The translations under genes were made by a program, and so were the position numbers. A stretch of DNA of 40,155 nt from a virus (taxonomy: Duplodnaviria; Caudoviricetes), in IMG/VR virus record IMGVR_UViG_3300025635_000051, positions 1 through 40,155 of that record. One strand, given 5' to 3'. Below, piece by piece: positions 28,601 to 35,664 of the stretch. Within the stretch, counting starts at the first letter, position 1. Each line of letters starts with the position of its first letter. Below the pieces are notes generated by a model, which was not told where the DNA came from, did not search any database, and saw only the letters and a program-made list of their open reading frames with translations.

Positions 28601-28834
28601 AAAGCATATTATGCTTTGCGTAACCTGATTCCTTTGTTGAGCAGGGCTGAGTCTTTGAATCCGTCAATACCAACTGACCCAGGCACATCAATGGTGAATC
28701 CGTTGCTTGGCTTGGTTGGTGCGCCAATTAAAGAAGTCAACCAACAAATGCAAGATAACGAATTGTTGAGAAGGCTGTACGACATGCAGGAAATTGCTAA
28801 ACGGGACAAAGCAATAAACAACCCAGAGGGATAG
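19652..28834 (+). CDS. Giant 3060-aa putative DNA-ejection/internal virion protein
   Basis: Uninterrupted ORF; DIALDPLTY near the N-terminus and PGFHVRN...IIPFWMW near the C-terminus, as in large podophage internal proteins. Confidence 0.65.
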   Translation: MATNDNSSLYKRLAELQANRPQNAVVPSQKAALNFRDAKIKALQTAPGLTERLQQISKGGQPAPSGALGTIGNLLVNNPISKTVLGGLSAIDIPRRLVISGIKEFKDAVDNNPNTQASFKDYKDQVADPNFGFGRVVPMSGWGGRIIGLIGDIALDPLTYATLGGTISKKAVTQTGKGAIEKFATEAAKRSDELANLGLGGVSDTVVNALRKTSKYEEAIPTREFLGTKSIQGRRGSEALASGARKLGATDAEIAEILKRGRNGLTPEMAKLMGMNDYGIYYLGSRIRVPFSGYIGRGLASGITNARLGILNTRAGEYLGKLITPTGTAANLDLRDIRFAGRAGKSMPGNLTPKMGLAILDADNAARAARGVAARDGANIVAQALSDPDVVAESSVIYKYLDTDVIPTNISDRQRRAMQKIKDATDKLYENIDSYGRFVAGNEPNGFVIAGRRKNFFPHKMTASAQDFVQNSSSQRAIDVRRYMKVDHTNIGGSFESRNLEALVNSGESVDWFGKILTPEDIAGGVDRLNELARLGGFKGDFFETDIRKALTSYLSNYAEGIGTIAFYQNLKESGNDIASMAVQRGMITKEALESILTQPERTAKAVKTAYELARKEMSDFVNTISKEAQSQLKEQTRLANLSQEEVGKLLLGGTDAEQLIAQKTLSATEADAALRTKTAENVQKAIEKLNNARALIVEKHAKHMAMFQEQSVLLAEQQAHHQIILESLDLRQTALNQYLDVLTQASEAPPAEYVNNLLKNLQTMQDVVAQSAAEIEHKFNIFTRDSLEFLNDALSDLSNYTTVGNKNASQVITDLKNLAKFGQIQIGQNVKSRGGQKGLNFDTVIRPYLNATEKAVPIGNQEQWNAWVKLKNQLELDTITRSNLEKKTIADVRETLARAATSTDPTDLGDVRAAISWLFVRAQVDDPNFAKNLLDNPTEEYKAILRITKNDAIRKKYGIIKVVEDKLDGYVFTNIKELPAGLKLPAQWLVMDKQIRELERRLLAVPEHLAKVPDTGLGVTNRVYSSFVDVFGDYNQSQILKPEGYDAVINHLKQLNADNGIVGLEDYIKQLETAKNNPGAQISLGELSDDIQERFAAAESRIKITDNRLSNNELSFYESKTQPNLPLRNRIIEKQKAMIKERDELIQKQNKLTSRLPKDTLDEINFLVNSGGQNPAFGYQNPIDISQGSMELAKAAMNFYIKEESKYVLRMANELLGASGRTLTPQGHARMTHEIYETFARTATEHVDSLERAKNLLEPIAEEVVASGRNAEEMQLLLLEKLRAIMNNPDEREVLQEIFPNLVLNLELKKLSDIKTYLASDLQYQNIVNSIADIEVRAFPVSQMSNLGGAGVIDFRTIADPVMAAKMETSRRAQESVLGSEGLQKSKILQNLANKGHEGYKTYLTNLKKRILGTKTFGDELKKQLSYDIDVQMSLLDEHYSKVAKELEEAKQLAKETATAQRKEIKKLSARMSGPQRIKELQKQTRAFGKRRDDAGYFAYQADSIDRYINDALNSNINSTRAIKELFGALFGGERYATPTLRGSEAARLSGSGTLSLRVQKQEDSFFYRNLKNAKSMRDELRVRTYSSNPEEAQILRQRKEYVDYLQQTLDDLEQMIKAKPEAAKALKQATKELDAAEKQIAQVNGVPLSYEERMAYIDHVRFAFGEIKPRERVFNLNTRQWEFKRIKNADRPELKPIPEGAFTPDEANLVKKYIDAKTKHQQFIETEEYGMAAREESLMKFKRELAAADLSKITWTVTGDTSNAESWTPQLNKIISNSIASDPTNLPFDAQQVILQNPLKGGVAKLPDPFNKDLPKLINRMSDPTQPELIFLDANNNQIQLRVARDAEGKSLGYLEKLQIKTRQEAPVAETAPGGVTKERRYVPQPRIDPNTGQPVPNEFDWVMEYTKAEIPAAGPAAQTIRQKTIYERVWEPWNFNMERLSVIEPASVIVEDGQKASRKTITTAEKFNPDDAWVPIVKTNDPDLILDSPTQYVRMSAFTGTMGSEKSFIQLPDSMGGGNFMFTPPEQEALFTDFLSDYYRRNATYFSRPSAFVAEVKRREQQIAGVAQQIKKSYDDLGRKQNLALGKVYTSKYDKKVAESLKADLELLQNDLNEFLRSKEVWDSRASANKKVAFLYNFFDSTESRTSKIRITPDFVDEITETGMGSPSNVLSGVTGNKPYTRLQKYIEEQNVVDDLDNSVKVSKETASERRKIINGSWVGTPEEALITKASNMVSDVNGIMMTYGQSTEQLLARLLSTRARYDSVIKMDGLKAEMQKAVLAKQLQQSGVISPEATDITVSTLRKGVAQETATAEQALNAGPFVQDLPGRQPMADELAGQQAAYNPPQVVRKEIDAAAQKKSDSFGMETAPPGVGFAGEVAQIESLQFAKELEQEVAWIQAIQLKEQNVKTAMAGAVREEVKEIDKETKLLAQSEKELAKINKKQTDALRGISKLGNVTKEETALENARRAYDAAQIATTPEDVNIAMQKIIEIDNVLKSSARVRAAIKGIKGKEGYDAFVTEFQMFVDEATKFAQIAINPSVDKNIRDQASKWILANTEYYKQVAILNSQEHIARIANGLTKSSYLKETVGKDGKVRQELVEGVQVPKDSRLNYFVDTDFVTSFDEGMVQLSKQFPTTQVAPQIAEFVKNVHRLQEPAIARELNMFLGKYTRFFKAYATLSPGFHVRNSISNGFMLFAAGGSPRYLMEGLQMSRSLNEASRAGKSVEQWLQSLPVAKRAKAEIAVRASFASGGGNAADNLRQLYMSGRLINNPLTRGSKGLGQWIEGHSRFMLAYDGAMQGMDFNTSAARVQRFLIDYEDLSTLDKSLRQIIPFWMWTSRNLPMQIQNIWLNPRAYQIYGNTKRNFRDDKEGEIVPAWMQEMGAWKLPFGRNIYATPDIGFNRIQADVNMLQDPARFLSNVNPLVRLPIELTGERQLFSNKRFSQTPVEVTGGVGAALQPLMELLGYGETGAGGRKFVDDKAYYALRNLIPLLSRAESLNPSIPTDPGTSMVNPLLGLVGAPIKEVNQQMQDNELLRRLYDMQEIAKRDKAINNPEG

Positions 28835-28836
28835 TT

Positions 28837-29331
28837 ATGAGAGCAAAGAAGACCTACACAGGCAATAAGGACGGCGTCGCCGCGGGCGAACGCCCAGGTT
28901 TAACAGAATTAGTTAAGCACCTTATTTACTTAAGCGAAGGTGCGTTGTGGAACAACGGCACATTTGTAAACAGGCCCAAGAGGGGCTCTGAGAGCCTCTC
29001 TGTACACGCCACAGGACGTGCGGTAGACCTTAGTTATCGCAAGACACCAACTAAGGGCAGACGAAACGGCAGGCAGTATGCCGAACACATGGCGGACTTC
29101 CTTGTTCGTCACGCAGACGAACTAGGTATTGAGCTTGTGTTGGATTATTTCCCAAAACCACACGGTCGTGGCTATAACTGGACTCGCGGCACTTGGCAGA
29201 ATTACACCAAACCGACAATACATGGTGCGCCAGACGGTGATTGGTTGCATGTGGAACTGAGCCCGCTGTGGGCTGACTCTAAGCAGAAGGTTCGGGATTC
29301 GTTTCTAAGGATATTTCCGCAGACTCAATAA
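28837..29331 (+). CDS. Zn peptidase M15/LAS-type endolysin
   Basis: SVHATGRAVD (SxHxxGxAxD) and WLHVE. Confidence 0.7.
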   Translation: MRAKKTYTGNKDGVAAGERPGLTELVKHLIYLSEGALWNNGTFVNRPKRGSESLSVHATGRAVDLSYRKTPTKGRRNGRQYAEHMADFLVRHADELGIELVLDYFPKPHGRGYNWTRGTWQNYTKPTIHGAPDGDWLHVELSPLWADSKQKVRDSFLRIFPQTQ

Positions 29332-29650
29332 ACTCGTAAACCTCAGGTCGTTGAGCGAACTTGCCTTGCAAGTATCGCTCAAATTCTTCTTTGTCTCCAT
29401 AAATTTTAGCTTCGCTTAAAATTTGCAGCGGTGCTACATAGACAATCATGTCGTAGGGAATTGCCATGATGCCACAACAGTTACCGCCATCTTGGTCAAT
29501 TGTTGAAGCGATGTGAACGTAGTCGTTGTTATAAGCAACAATGTAGCCAATAGAAATGTTTGGTGTTTCGGGTTTGGGGTTGTAGTGCTCAACACTCATC
29601 CACTCATCTTCCGAGTAGGCGTCATCCCAAAGAACAATTACTGGTCTCAT
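29279..29650 (-). CDS. Hypothetical protein (MRPVIVLWDDA...)
   Basis: W-x-D-A motif; ATGA coupling. Confidence 0.65.
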   Translation of the reverse strand: MRPVIVLWDDAYSEDEWMSVEHYNPKPETPNISIGYIVAYNNDYVHIASTIDQDGGNCCGIMAIPYDMIVYVAPLQILSEAKIYGDKEEFERYLQGKFAQRPEVYEFIESAEISLETNPEPSA

Positions 29651-29790
29651 TGTGTTTCTCTTTTCCACAGTTCTTGTTGTGCAACGCGAAGCTCTGCTCG
29701 CATTGCTTCCAATGTTATTTCTAATTCTTCTACTCGGTCGCGAAGATAGCGTTCCGTTTCTGCTTGCGTTTCCGACAGTTCATTTTGCAT
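29647..29790 (-). CDS. 47-aa coiled-coil protein MQNELSETQ... (not in ORF track)
   Basis: Fills the gap; overlaps both neighbours. Confidence 0.55.
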   Translation of the reverse strand: MQNELSETQAETERYLRDRVEELEITLEAMRAELRVAQQELWKRETQ

Positions 29791-30064
29791 ACGGGTCTAT
29801 CCCTTCTTCCTGTAGGTGTTCTTCAATTGTACCGATAAGCGCATCCAGAAATCCCATTATATGCAACCATGCTTGCATGTTACCTTGTGTGCTGTCGTAG
29901 TATGCCCGACATAGTTTGATGGCGCTGTCGTTGGTTGCTGACAACACTACATTGACTCCGTTGTCTAGGTTCTGTTGAAGACTTTTTGCTTTTGATTCTA
30001 TTTCTTCAACTTGTTTGGCAGGGATAATGTCATATATCCAATCTTGAGGTCCACTATTTGACAT
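29780..30064 (-). CDS. Hypothetical protein (MSNSGPQDW...)
   Basis: 3' portion of ORF 29780-30205. Confidence 0.6.
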   Translation of the reverse strand: MSNSGPQDWIYDIIPAKQVEEIESKAKSLQQNLDNGVNVVLSATNDSAIKLCRAYYDSTQGNMQAWLHIMGFLDALIGTIEEHLQEEGIDPYAK

Positions 30065-30227
30065 GCTTTTTTTTCTTGTTGTGAACGTACAAACAATTTG
30101 TCTGTAAACCGTTTTCAAGAACTCCCCGACCAACATCAATCGGCCCATAGTGTTTCTCCAGTATTGCTGCAATCTCTGTCGCTGTAACGGGCATTTCAAA
30201 TCCAATCACTAACTGACTCGTTCGCAT
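30054..30227 (-). CDS. 57-aa hypothetical protein MRTSQLVIGFE... (not in ORF track)
   Basis: AGGAG RBS; fills the gap. Confidence 0.55.
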   Translation of the reverse strand: MRTSQLVIGFEMPVTATEIAAILEKHYGPIDVGRGVLENGLQTNCLYVHNKKKKHVK

Positions 30228-31044
30228 AATTCTCTCCTAATTCCAAATTGAATGTTTCGTCGTTAATCATCAAAGCTATTACACAATAGCCAACTATGTC
30301 CCGTAGCGTATCAAGCAACGATTCGTTTTGTGCTTTGGATTTTTTGGATTTAAGGTTGATGAGTCGTTCTACTTTGTCGGACAAACGCACAAGAACACCT
30401 TTGAGTCCAAAGGCTGTTATGTTGCCGTGTCCATAATCGTGTTGTTTGGATGCAAGCAGGCTACACATTTTGCCAGAGTCCCAAGCGTTGCGCATACGCA
30501 ACTCTTGGATTGCCTCAATGCCCATCTCTGTCCACAGCAAAGAAACAGGAACGTCGTCTTGGTCAAAAAGACAAACTCGAGCAACGTGAATTATTCTTTG
30601 TAGTTTTTCAGGAGAGACTTCTTGTTCTTCTGTTGCGAATGATGCAATGTGCATAACCCATTGGCTTGCTGATTGTTCCCATGTGTTGACCACTCTGACC
30701 TTCTTTCTGATTAGCGGGTGCATTGTTAATAGCTGTTGTAGTTTAGCATAAGCATTGTTCTTGAGTCGCCAGGCGTGAGGTTTGGAAACGCCAAGGCGTT
30801 TACCAAGCTGTTCGTAAGACAGGAACTCGCTGTTGACTGCGTTGATAATGAACTGGTCTTGCTCATCAAGTTGTTCAATGCACATCGCTACTGCTTCGCG
30901 TAGCGGTTGTAGTTCTTCTACTGATTCTTCTATTACGTCCGACACAGAAAGCATTAATGCTTCCATCGCCGTCTGTGGGCGTTGCTTACTTAGATAGGTT
31001 GATGAAAAGACGTAATTGTCTTGGGGTATGTCATTCTTTGACAT
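30196..31044 (-). CDS. Sigma-70 region 4-like HTH fused to a DUF1599/Nmad1-like (MazG-like) domain
   Basis: LDEQDQFII...LSYEQLGKRLGVSKPHAWRLKNNAYAKL; KQHDYG...VRLSDKVERL...ESLLDTLRDIVGY. Confidence 0.7.
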   Translation of the reverse strand: MSKNDIPQDNYVFSSTYLSKQRPQTAMEALMLSVSDVIEESVEELQPLREAVAMCIEQLDEQDQFIINAVNSEFLSYEQLGKRLGVSKPHAWRLKNNAYAKLQQLLTMHPLIRKKVRVVNTWEQSASQWVMHIASFATEEQEVSPEKLQRIIHVARVCLFDQDDVPVSLLWTEMGIEAIQELRMRNAWDSGKMCSLLASKQHDYGHGNITAFGLKGVLVRLSDKVERLINLKSKKSKAQNESLLDTLRDIVGYCVIALMINDETFNLELGENYANESVSDWI

Positions 31045-31459
31045 CGTCGTATGCGGGGTCATAGAGGAGTTGTGAAACTTCCTCTGGCGACAACAAATAA
31101 CCCTTCGCTGGATTATTTGTGCCTTCCGCAAACAACCTAATTCTTGACTTTGGTAACATTTCTATATAACGCTTTAATCTTTCTGTGGACACTACCACCA
31201 TTGCTTGGTTCATAGTATACACATAGACCCACCACTCTGCCTCGGTTATCATAAGCCCCGAAGGCTTCCACCCATGTTTACGGGGGTTTTGGGCTGTTTC
31301 AACCACCATCTTGCCGTTGCGATACCGGTCAGACTTGACCTCAAACGAACCATTAACAATTCCTTGCAGGAATTGTTTGACCTGTTCTTCGCCCTGTTTG
31401 CCGAACTCTAAATCTTTTTGAAAGTTTGGTTTGGGAATATCCCATCTGGACTCTTTCAT
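31031..31459 (-). CDS. Restriction-endonuclease-like fold protein
   Basis: GKQGE, FEVKSD, VVE, PSGL..T.AEWW motifs. Confidence 0.55.
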   Translation of the reverse strand: MKESRWDIPKPNFQKDLEFGKQGEEQVKQFLQGIVNGSFEVKSDRYRNGKMVVETAQNPRKHGWKPSGLMITEAEWWVYVYTMNQAMVVVSTERLKRYIEMLPKSRIRLFAEGTNNPAKGYLLSPEEVSQLLYDPAYDDVKE

Positions 31460-31821
31460 TTTTTCCTCAAATCCAATCTCATAATTTGTTTGTCGTCAGT
31501 AAAGGCTACACCATTCAATGCGTCAAGTATGGCTTTGGCATAGTTATCAATGTCGCCACGCAACTTAGATGAAGTTGATTCAGCATCCATTTCTTTAATT
31601 TCAATGGTTGTTTTGTGTTGGTCAAAAGTTAAAGAAACCCAAATTGGACCTTCAATAAATTTGGGACCATTATAAAGTTGAGCAATTTCTTTTTCGTAGT
31701 CCAATGTTGCTTTTGGCGTATAAGTATGACCTGTTTTTTTAACAAACCTTGGACGCCCTTTTACGGTAGGTCGTCGGTCAATAAATTGTTTCCAACTAAG
31801 CACCTTGCGTTTACTCGCCAT
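31456..31821 (-). CDS. rusA: RusA-like Holliday junction resolvase
   Basis: KGRPRF, DIDNYAKAILDALNG..FTDDKQI. Confidence 0.85.
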   Translation of the reverse strand: MASKRKVLSWKQFIDRRPTVKGRPRFVKKTGHTYTPKATLDYEKEIAQLYNGPKFIEGPIWVSLTFDQHKTTIEIKEMDAESTSSKLRGDIDNYAKAILDALNGVAFTDDKQIMRLDLRKK

Positions 31822-32692
31822 AAACATCTGCAATGATTTTTGCCAAGTGCATCTCCCCATCTTCTCTTGCGTAGAACTTACCCCATTGCATGTCGGCTGT
31901 GCGAATCAAACCGTAAGCCAATTCAATTGGAATACCGTCAGACCTAAACCGATAGGCAAGCTTAACTAAACAACTAGAACGGTCTGTGTCAGCCATCGGG
32001 CCTTCAAGAAACATCTTCAATGTCCACGGATGCAATATTGTTTTTGCTACATCAACGGGAATTGGTGCGCCCTTGGCTGTGAACTGTGCTGGAGTTTTTG
32101 GAACATAAGCGTCAGCAAGAGGCTGTAAGTCTTCTTGCGTGACGGCGTAGGTTGTTGCTTCCTTGACAAATGTTTCCAAAGACAAAGGCTTGTCGGAACT
32201 ATCTATCATGTAGCGAACCGAACATGGTTCAAACAAAGCGCCAGGGTAGGGCAGGCGAACATAGTTGCCGTAGCCAGAAGCTTGCTCTTGCTTTGGATTG
32301 ATTTCCCTAGCAGGAACTTTAACTGCGGCGTGTGCGGCGAGCAAGGCTCGGCGCATCACGCGAGCTTCAACAGGTTTCCTAGCGAACACCCACACATGAA
32401 AACCTTTGACGGTTCTCTCAACCCAACTCTCAATCAATTTAAGTTTGAGTGCGAGCTGAATGTTGCGGGCTTGGTCAATGTCATTCACATCAATATCTGA
32501 ACAGCCCCACCAAACGGTGCTGTTATCCATCATCGGATAGATTCCGATGTACTCCTGCCCCCACAGATGTTTCGTAAACGAACCCTGAGTTACTGGTTGC
32601 TTGATGCAACCACCTTCCCAAGAACCATAAGCGTCTGTGCGACCGGCAAACAACGCTGCAAAATCTTTTACCAGTTCAGAATTGTCTGTCAT
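31811..32692 (-). CDS. Archaeo-eukaryotic primase (AEP) family primase
   Basis: SDID, KGFHVWVF, GNYVRLPY; helical C-terminal DRS domain. Confidence 0.8.
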   Translation of the reverse strand: MTDNSELVKDFAALFAGRTDAYGSWEGGCIKQPVTQGSFTKHLWGQEYIGIYPMMDNSTVWWGCSDIDVNDIDQARNIQLALKLKLIESWVERTVKGFHVWVFARKPVEARVMRRALLAAHAAVKVPAREINPKQEQASGYGNYVRLPYPGALFEPCSVRYMIDSSDKPLSLETFVKEATTYAVTQEDLQPLADAYVPKTPAQFTAKGAPIPVDVAKTILHPWTLKMFLEGPMADTDRSSCLVKLAYRFRSDGIPIELAYGLIRTADMQWGKFYAREDGEMHLAKIIADVYGE

Positions 32693-33731
32693 GGATACTC
32701 CTCAGATATTGCGCTGGTAGGTCATTGTTAAGCAACGGAGTCAACCTACCAGTAGCCAAGTCCAACTCAAAGTCAATGTCGTCTACGAGTTGTCCTGCTG
32801 GTCGTTTGTTCTTCAACAAACTTACAGTAACCGTGTATTCGTGAATCTTTGCTTCGTATCGCAAAGAGTCAAGTCGTTCCATCGCTCGCTCTGAATGGGT
32901 CTTGTCAAGCTTGTTGATGATTTCATTCATCTCAGCTGCAATGGAATACTTCTTGCGACGAACACCGATTACAGATGTTGCTTGTTGCTCACCACCAAAC
33001 GCACCAGACGACATAGTTAGTTTCATGCCGTCAGCGCCCGATGAGCGAGAAGTCTGATGCAACACGAGCATTGGTATGTCGTGCCTACGACCAAACGACT
33101 TAACGAACGTCGCTTTGTCGGGGACTGTCTCGCCTGCTTCCACAAGGTCTAGGTAGTCAACAACCACCAGGTCGGGTATCTGTCCCCACACATCGCACAC
33201 CTCGTTATAGGCGCGTTCCATATCTAGGGCTGTTAGTGGTTGGTCGAATACTGCAAGGTTGGGAAAGTTTTCTTCTGCTGTTTGCCTGAGCAAATCAATT
33301 GTGTCTTTGTCATCTATCGCAACTAGACGCTCTAGTTCTCGGGCGTCAATGCCGTGATACATGCAAGTAAGTTTGGTCAGGATTAACTGACGTGGTTCGT
33401 CTGGAATGAACATCGCAATGTGCTTGTCGCGATTCTCAAGTAGTGAATGCAGTAGTAGCAATGTCTTACCACCGTGCGCATACCCAATCATCATTGACAT
33501 TTCACCTGCGGCAATGCCACGCATCTCTGCGTCAATTTGTGGCAACCCTAAATGAATTCTTTCGTGCGGACTCTGTGCCCACCTAACAAAAGAATGAGCC
33601 GCCTCGGATAGCGGCTCATACATTCTGTATTCGGTTGGTGGGGTAACAGGTTGAGAATCAGGCGGGAGTGGGTGTGCCTGACTCTCAACCGTTTCCCAGC
33701 CCGCAGAAACTTGTTCTGCGGTCAGTTTCAT
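32676..33731 (-). CDS. DnaB-like (SF4) replicative helicase
   Basis: Walker A GYAHGGKT, Walker B VVVDY, LHQ, LKNKR. Confidence 0.85.
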   Translation of the reverse strand: MKLTAEQVSAGWETVESQAHPLPPDSQPVTPPTEYRMYEPLSEAAHSFVRWAQSPHERIHLGLPQIDAEMRGIAAGEMSMMIGYAHGGKTLLLLHSLLENRDKHIAMFIPDEPRQLILTKLTCMYHGIDARELERLVAIDDKDTIDLLRQTAEENFPNLAVFDQPLTALDMERAYNEVCDVWGQIPDLVVVDYLDLVEAGETVPDKATFVKSFGRRHDIPMLVLHQTSRSSGADGMKLTMSSGAFGGEQQATSVIGVRRKKYSIAAEMNEIINKLDKTHSERAMERLDSLRYEAKIHEYTVTVSLLKNKRPAGQLVDDIDFELDLATGRLTPLLNNDLPAQYLRSIHDRQF

Positions 33732-34145
33732 TTAGGCCTGCCGTGTTCGTGGTGGCCAGTAAGCCTTGTCGGCGTCAACTGCTTTGAACCAAGGACGCTT
33801 TGCGTTGTCCTTGAGTCCATCACGGTTGTCGTAAACCTTGGTGATGCCATCACGCTTACAAGCTTTGATGAGCCAGTCTGGGATGTCGCCGTGTTGCTTG
33901 CCAGCGATTTGTACAGACTCGCCTGACGAGTTCTCTACGGGTGTCGCATTGAATGTCTTCTTTGCCATCTCGTAGATTTCTGCGCTTGGTGCGCCACCGT
34001 CAATTGCTTCAAAGATGATGTCCTTGACACTCGTGAACAAAGTTGCGAACTCGCCCAACTTTGCATCTGTGTTTGCTTCCGTATTGACAAGGTCGGCTGC
34101 AATTTTTGCAGCGACTTGTGTGATGATTGCTCTGTCTTTATCCAT
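33732..34145 (-). CDS. Putative ssDNA-binding protein
   Basis: Between nuclease and helicase; C-terminal YDNR...RPWFK...YW; GGAGG RBS. Confidence 0.45.
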   Translation of the reverse strand: MDKDRAIITQVAAKIAADLVNTEANTDAKLGEFATLFTSVKDIIFEAIDGGAPSAEIYEMAKKTFNATPVENSSGESVQIAGKQHGDIPDWLIKACKRDGITKVYDNRDGLKDNAKRPWFKAVDADKAYWPPRTRQA

Positions 34146-34983
34146 GTTGTGCCTCCTCGGCTTCGTTATCGGGCTCACTTATGTGAGCACCTTTGCATAC
34201 TGACCACCACGGGCACCAGCGCTGTGAGCACAGGTAGTGTTGGTCATTTATTAGCCAACGCTCATCCGTTGGTAAATCATTATCTTTCATCATAGCACAC
34301 GCTGTTGCGACGGCAGACATAGCCTGCTTAACAACAAAGTCTCCGTGTGCTTTGCTTCTATGAACCGTAACAATTTGACCGTAAGCGTTGTTCACGCGAA
34401 TCATTACACCAAAGTTAAAAACTGATTTCTCTTTGATGATGCCAAGCTTGTGTCCTGCATAAGAATAGATTGACGATTGGATGTCTTGGGATTGTTTCTC
34501 CAGCGCAGAATACTTTCGTGCTGCTGTCTTCCAGTCCCAAATACCCCATTCGTGCAGGTAGTCCATTGTTCCTTCAAACCATAGTTCCATGCCGTTCACG
34601 AAAGAGCCTGTCGGCACTGAGAACGGCACTTCACAACTTCCACCCATCGGAACTTTGGGAAGAATATCTTTTACCCACGCTTCCGTTAGACCCAACACAT
34701 GGTCATGCCAAGAGTCGGGGTTCACATTCGTGTGGTTAATTCCTACGCTCTCAAGTTCTTTGAACTTAATGAGCGAAATGTCGGGGGCGTCTTTGACCGA
34801 CGCATTCCCAGCCAACACAGCTTCAATGCCGGCATGAACGGCAGTGCCGATTGCGGCGCTGTCGTTCTGCGTTTTGAATTCAGGTTGCACGACTGCAAGT
34901 CGTGCTCTCTCTGGACACAAGAGCATGTCTTTCAGCCATGACTGCCTCACAAAGACTCTGTTGGTCTCTTTGTCAATTCTCAT
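34138..34983 (-). CDS. PD-(D/E)XK exonuclease, Cas4/RecB/AddB-like
   Basis: GTAVHAGIE, GTMD, DWKT, QSSIY; 1+3 Cys (CPER...CSQRWCPWWSVC). Confidence 0.85.
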   Translation of the reverse strand: MRIDKETNRVFVRQSWLKDMLLCPERARLAVVQPEFKTQNDSAAIGTAVHAGIEAVLAGNASVKDAPDISLIKFKELESVGINHTNVNPDSWHDHVLGLTEAWVKDILPKVPMGGSCEVPFSVPTGSFVNGMELWFEGTMDYLHEWGIWDWKTAARKYSALEKQSQDIQSSIYSYAGHKLGIIKEKSVFNFGVMIRVNNAYGQIVTVHRSKAHGDFVVKQAMSAVATACAMMKDNDLPTDERWLINDQHYLCSQRWCPWWSVCKGAHISEPDNEAEEAQHG

Positions 34984-35157
34984 TAGAACCTTCCTTTGTT
35001 TGTCTTGGAACCTTACCACGCCGACGCTTTGCTTGGCGTGGTTCTTGTTGCTTGCCCCCCGCTATCGGGTCTCCGCTACCCCCCTGGAGGGGGATTATAG
35101 TAAAGCACATCTGTGTACGGTCTGTCAAGCATTTAGGCTCAACCCCGATTCCCCATA

Positions 35158-35664
35158 CTACGCCTGCCACGGTAGCCACCCATCTCCATGCTCCCTATCG
35201 GAATAGAGCCATATCAGCCTTGCTGATAGTAGGTTTGTTCGTGGCAAATACAACTCATCACAGGTCTCGAGAACCCCGAAAGCCTGCAAGTATCCCATTG
35301 GATACCATTGTGATGGCTTGCACCAATATGCGTTGATTTGTGTGAGACCATAAGACCCGCCGTTTGGGTCTTTGCCATAATGAACCCACGTAAAACACCG
35401 AGACTCCCGATGGATAACTGAGTCCAGCATGGCAAGGTCTTGCTCTCTCCAACCCACACTCACGGCAAGTTGTGCCCACTCAGGGCACAACATGTCGTTA
35501 GGTAAAACAATTCTGTCCTTATGGGTTGATGGTGGGCTTTCGTCAAACGAAAATTCACTCACATAAATTGGCGACACCACTATTCCTTGCGGGATTCGTG
35601 GTGGCGTCAATATCCATATTGCTGCAATTGTGATTAGAAAAATTACCGTCAATCGTCTAGCCAT
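35158..35664 (-). CDS. Membrane-anchored/secreted lytic transglycosylase (SLT/lysozyme-like)
   Basis: N-terminal hydrophobic segment; RESRC, SYGLTQIN, GWLPW. Confidence 0.8.
   Translation of the reverse strand: MARRLTVIFLITIAAIWILTPPRIPQGIVVSPIYVSEFSFDESPPSTHKDRIVLPNDMLCPEWAQLAVSVGWREQDLAMLDSVIHRESRCFTWVHYGKDPNGGSYGLTQINAYWCKPSQWYPMGYLQAFGVLETCDELYLPRTNLLSARLIWLYSDREHGDGWLPWQA

Noticed and set aside
19652-28834. Virion RNA polymerase (N4- or crAss-like), suggested by size and nearby hairpins
   Set aside because: No DFDGD/DxDxD motif and no R-x3-K-x7-YG motif B found by eye
34138-34983. Cas4-like nuclease as evidence of a CRISPR system
   Set aside because: Stand-alone Cas4/RecB-like nucleases are routine in phage replication modules; no cas1/cas2 or array
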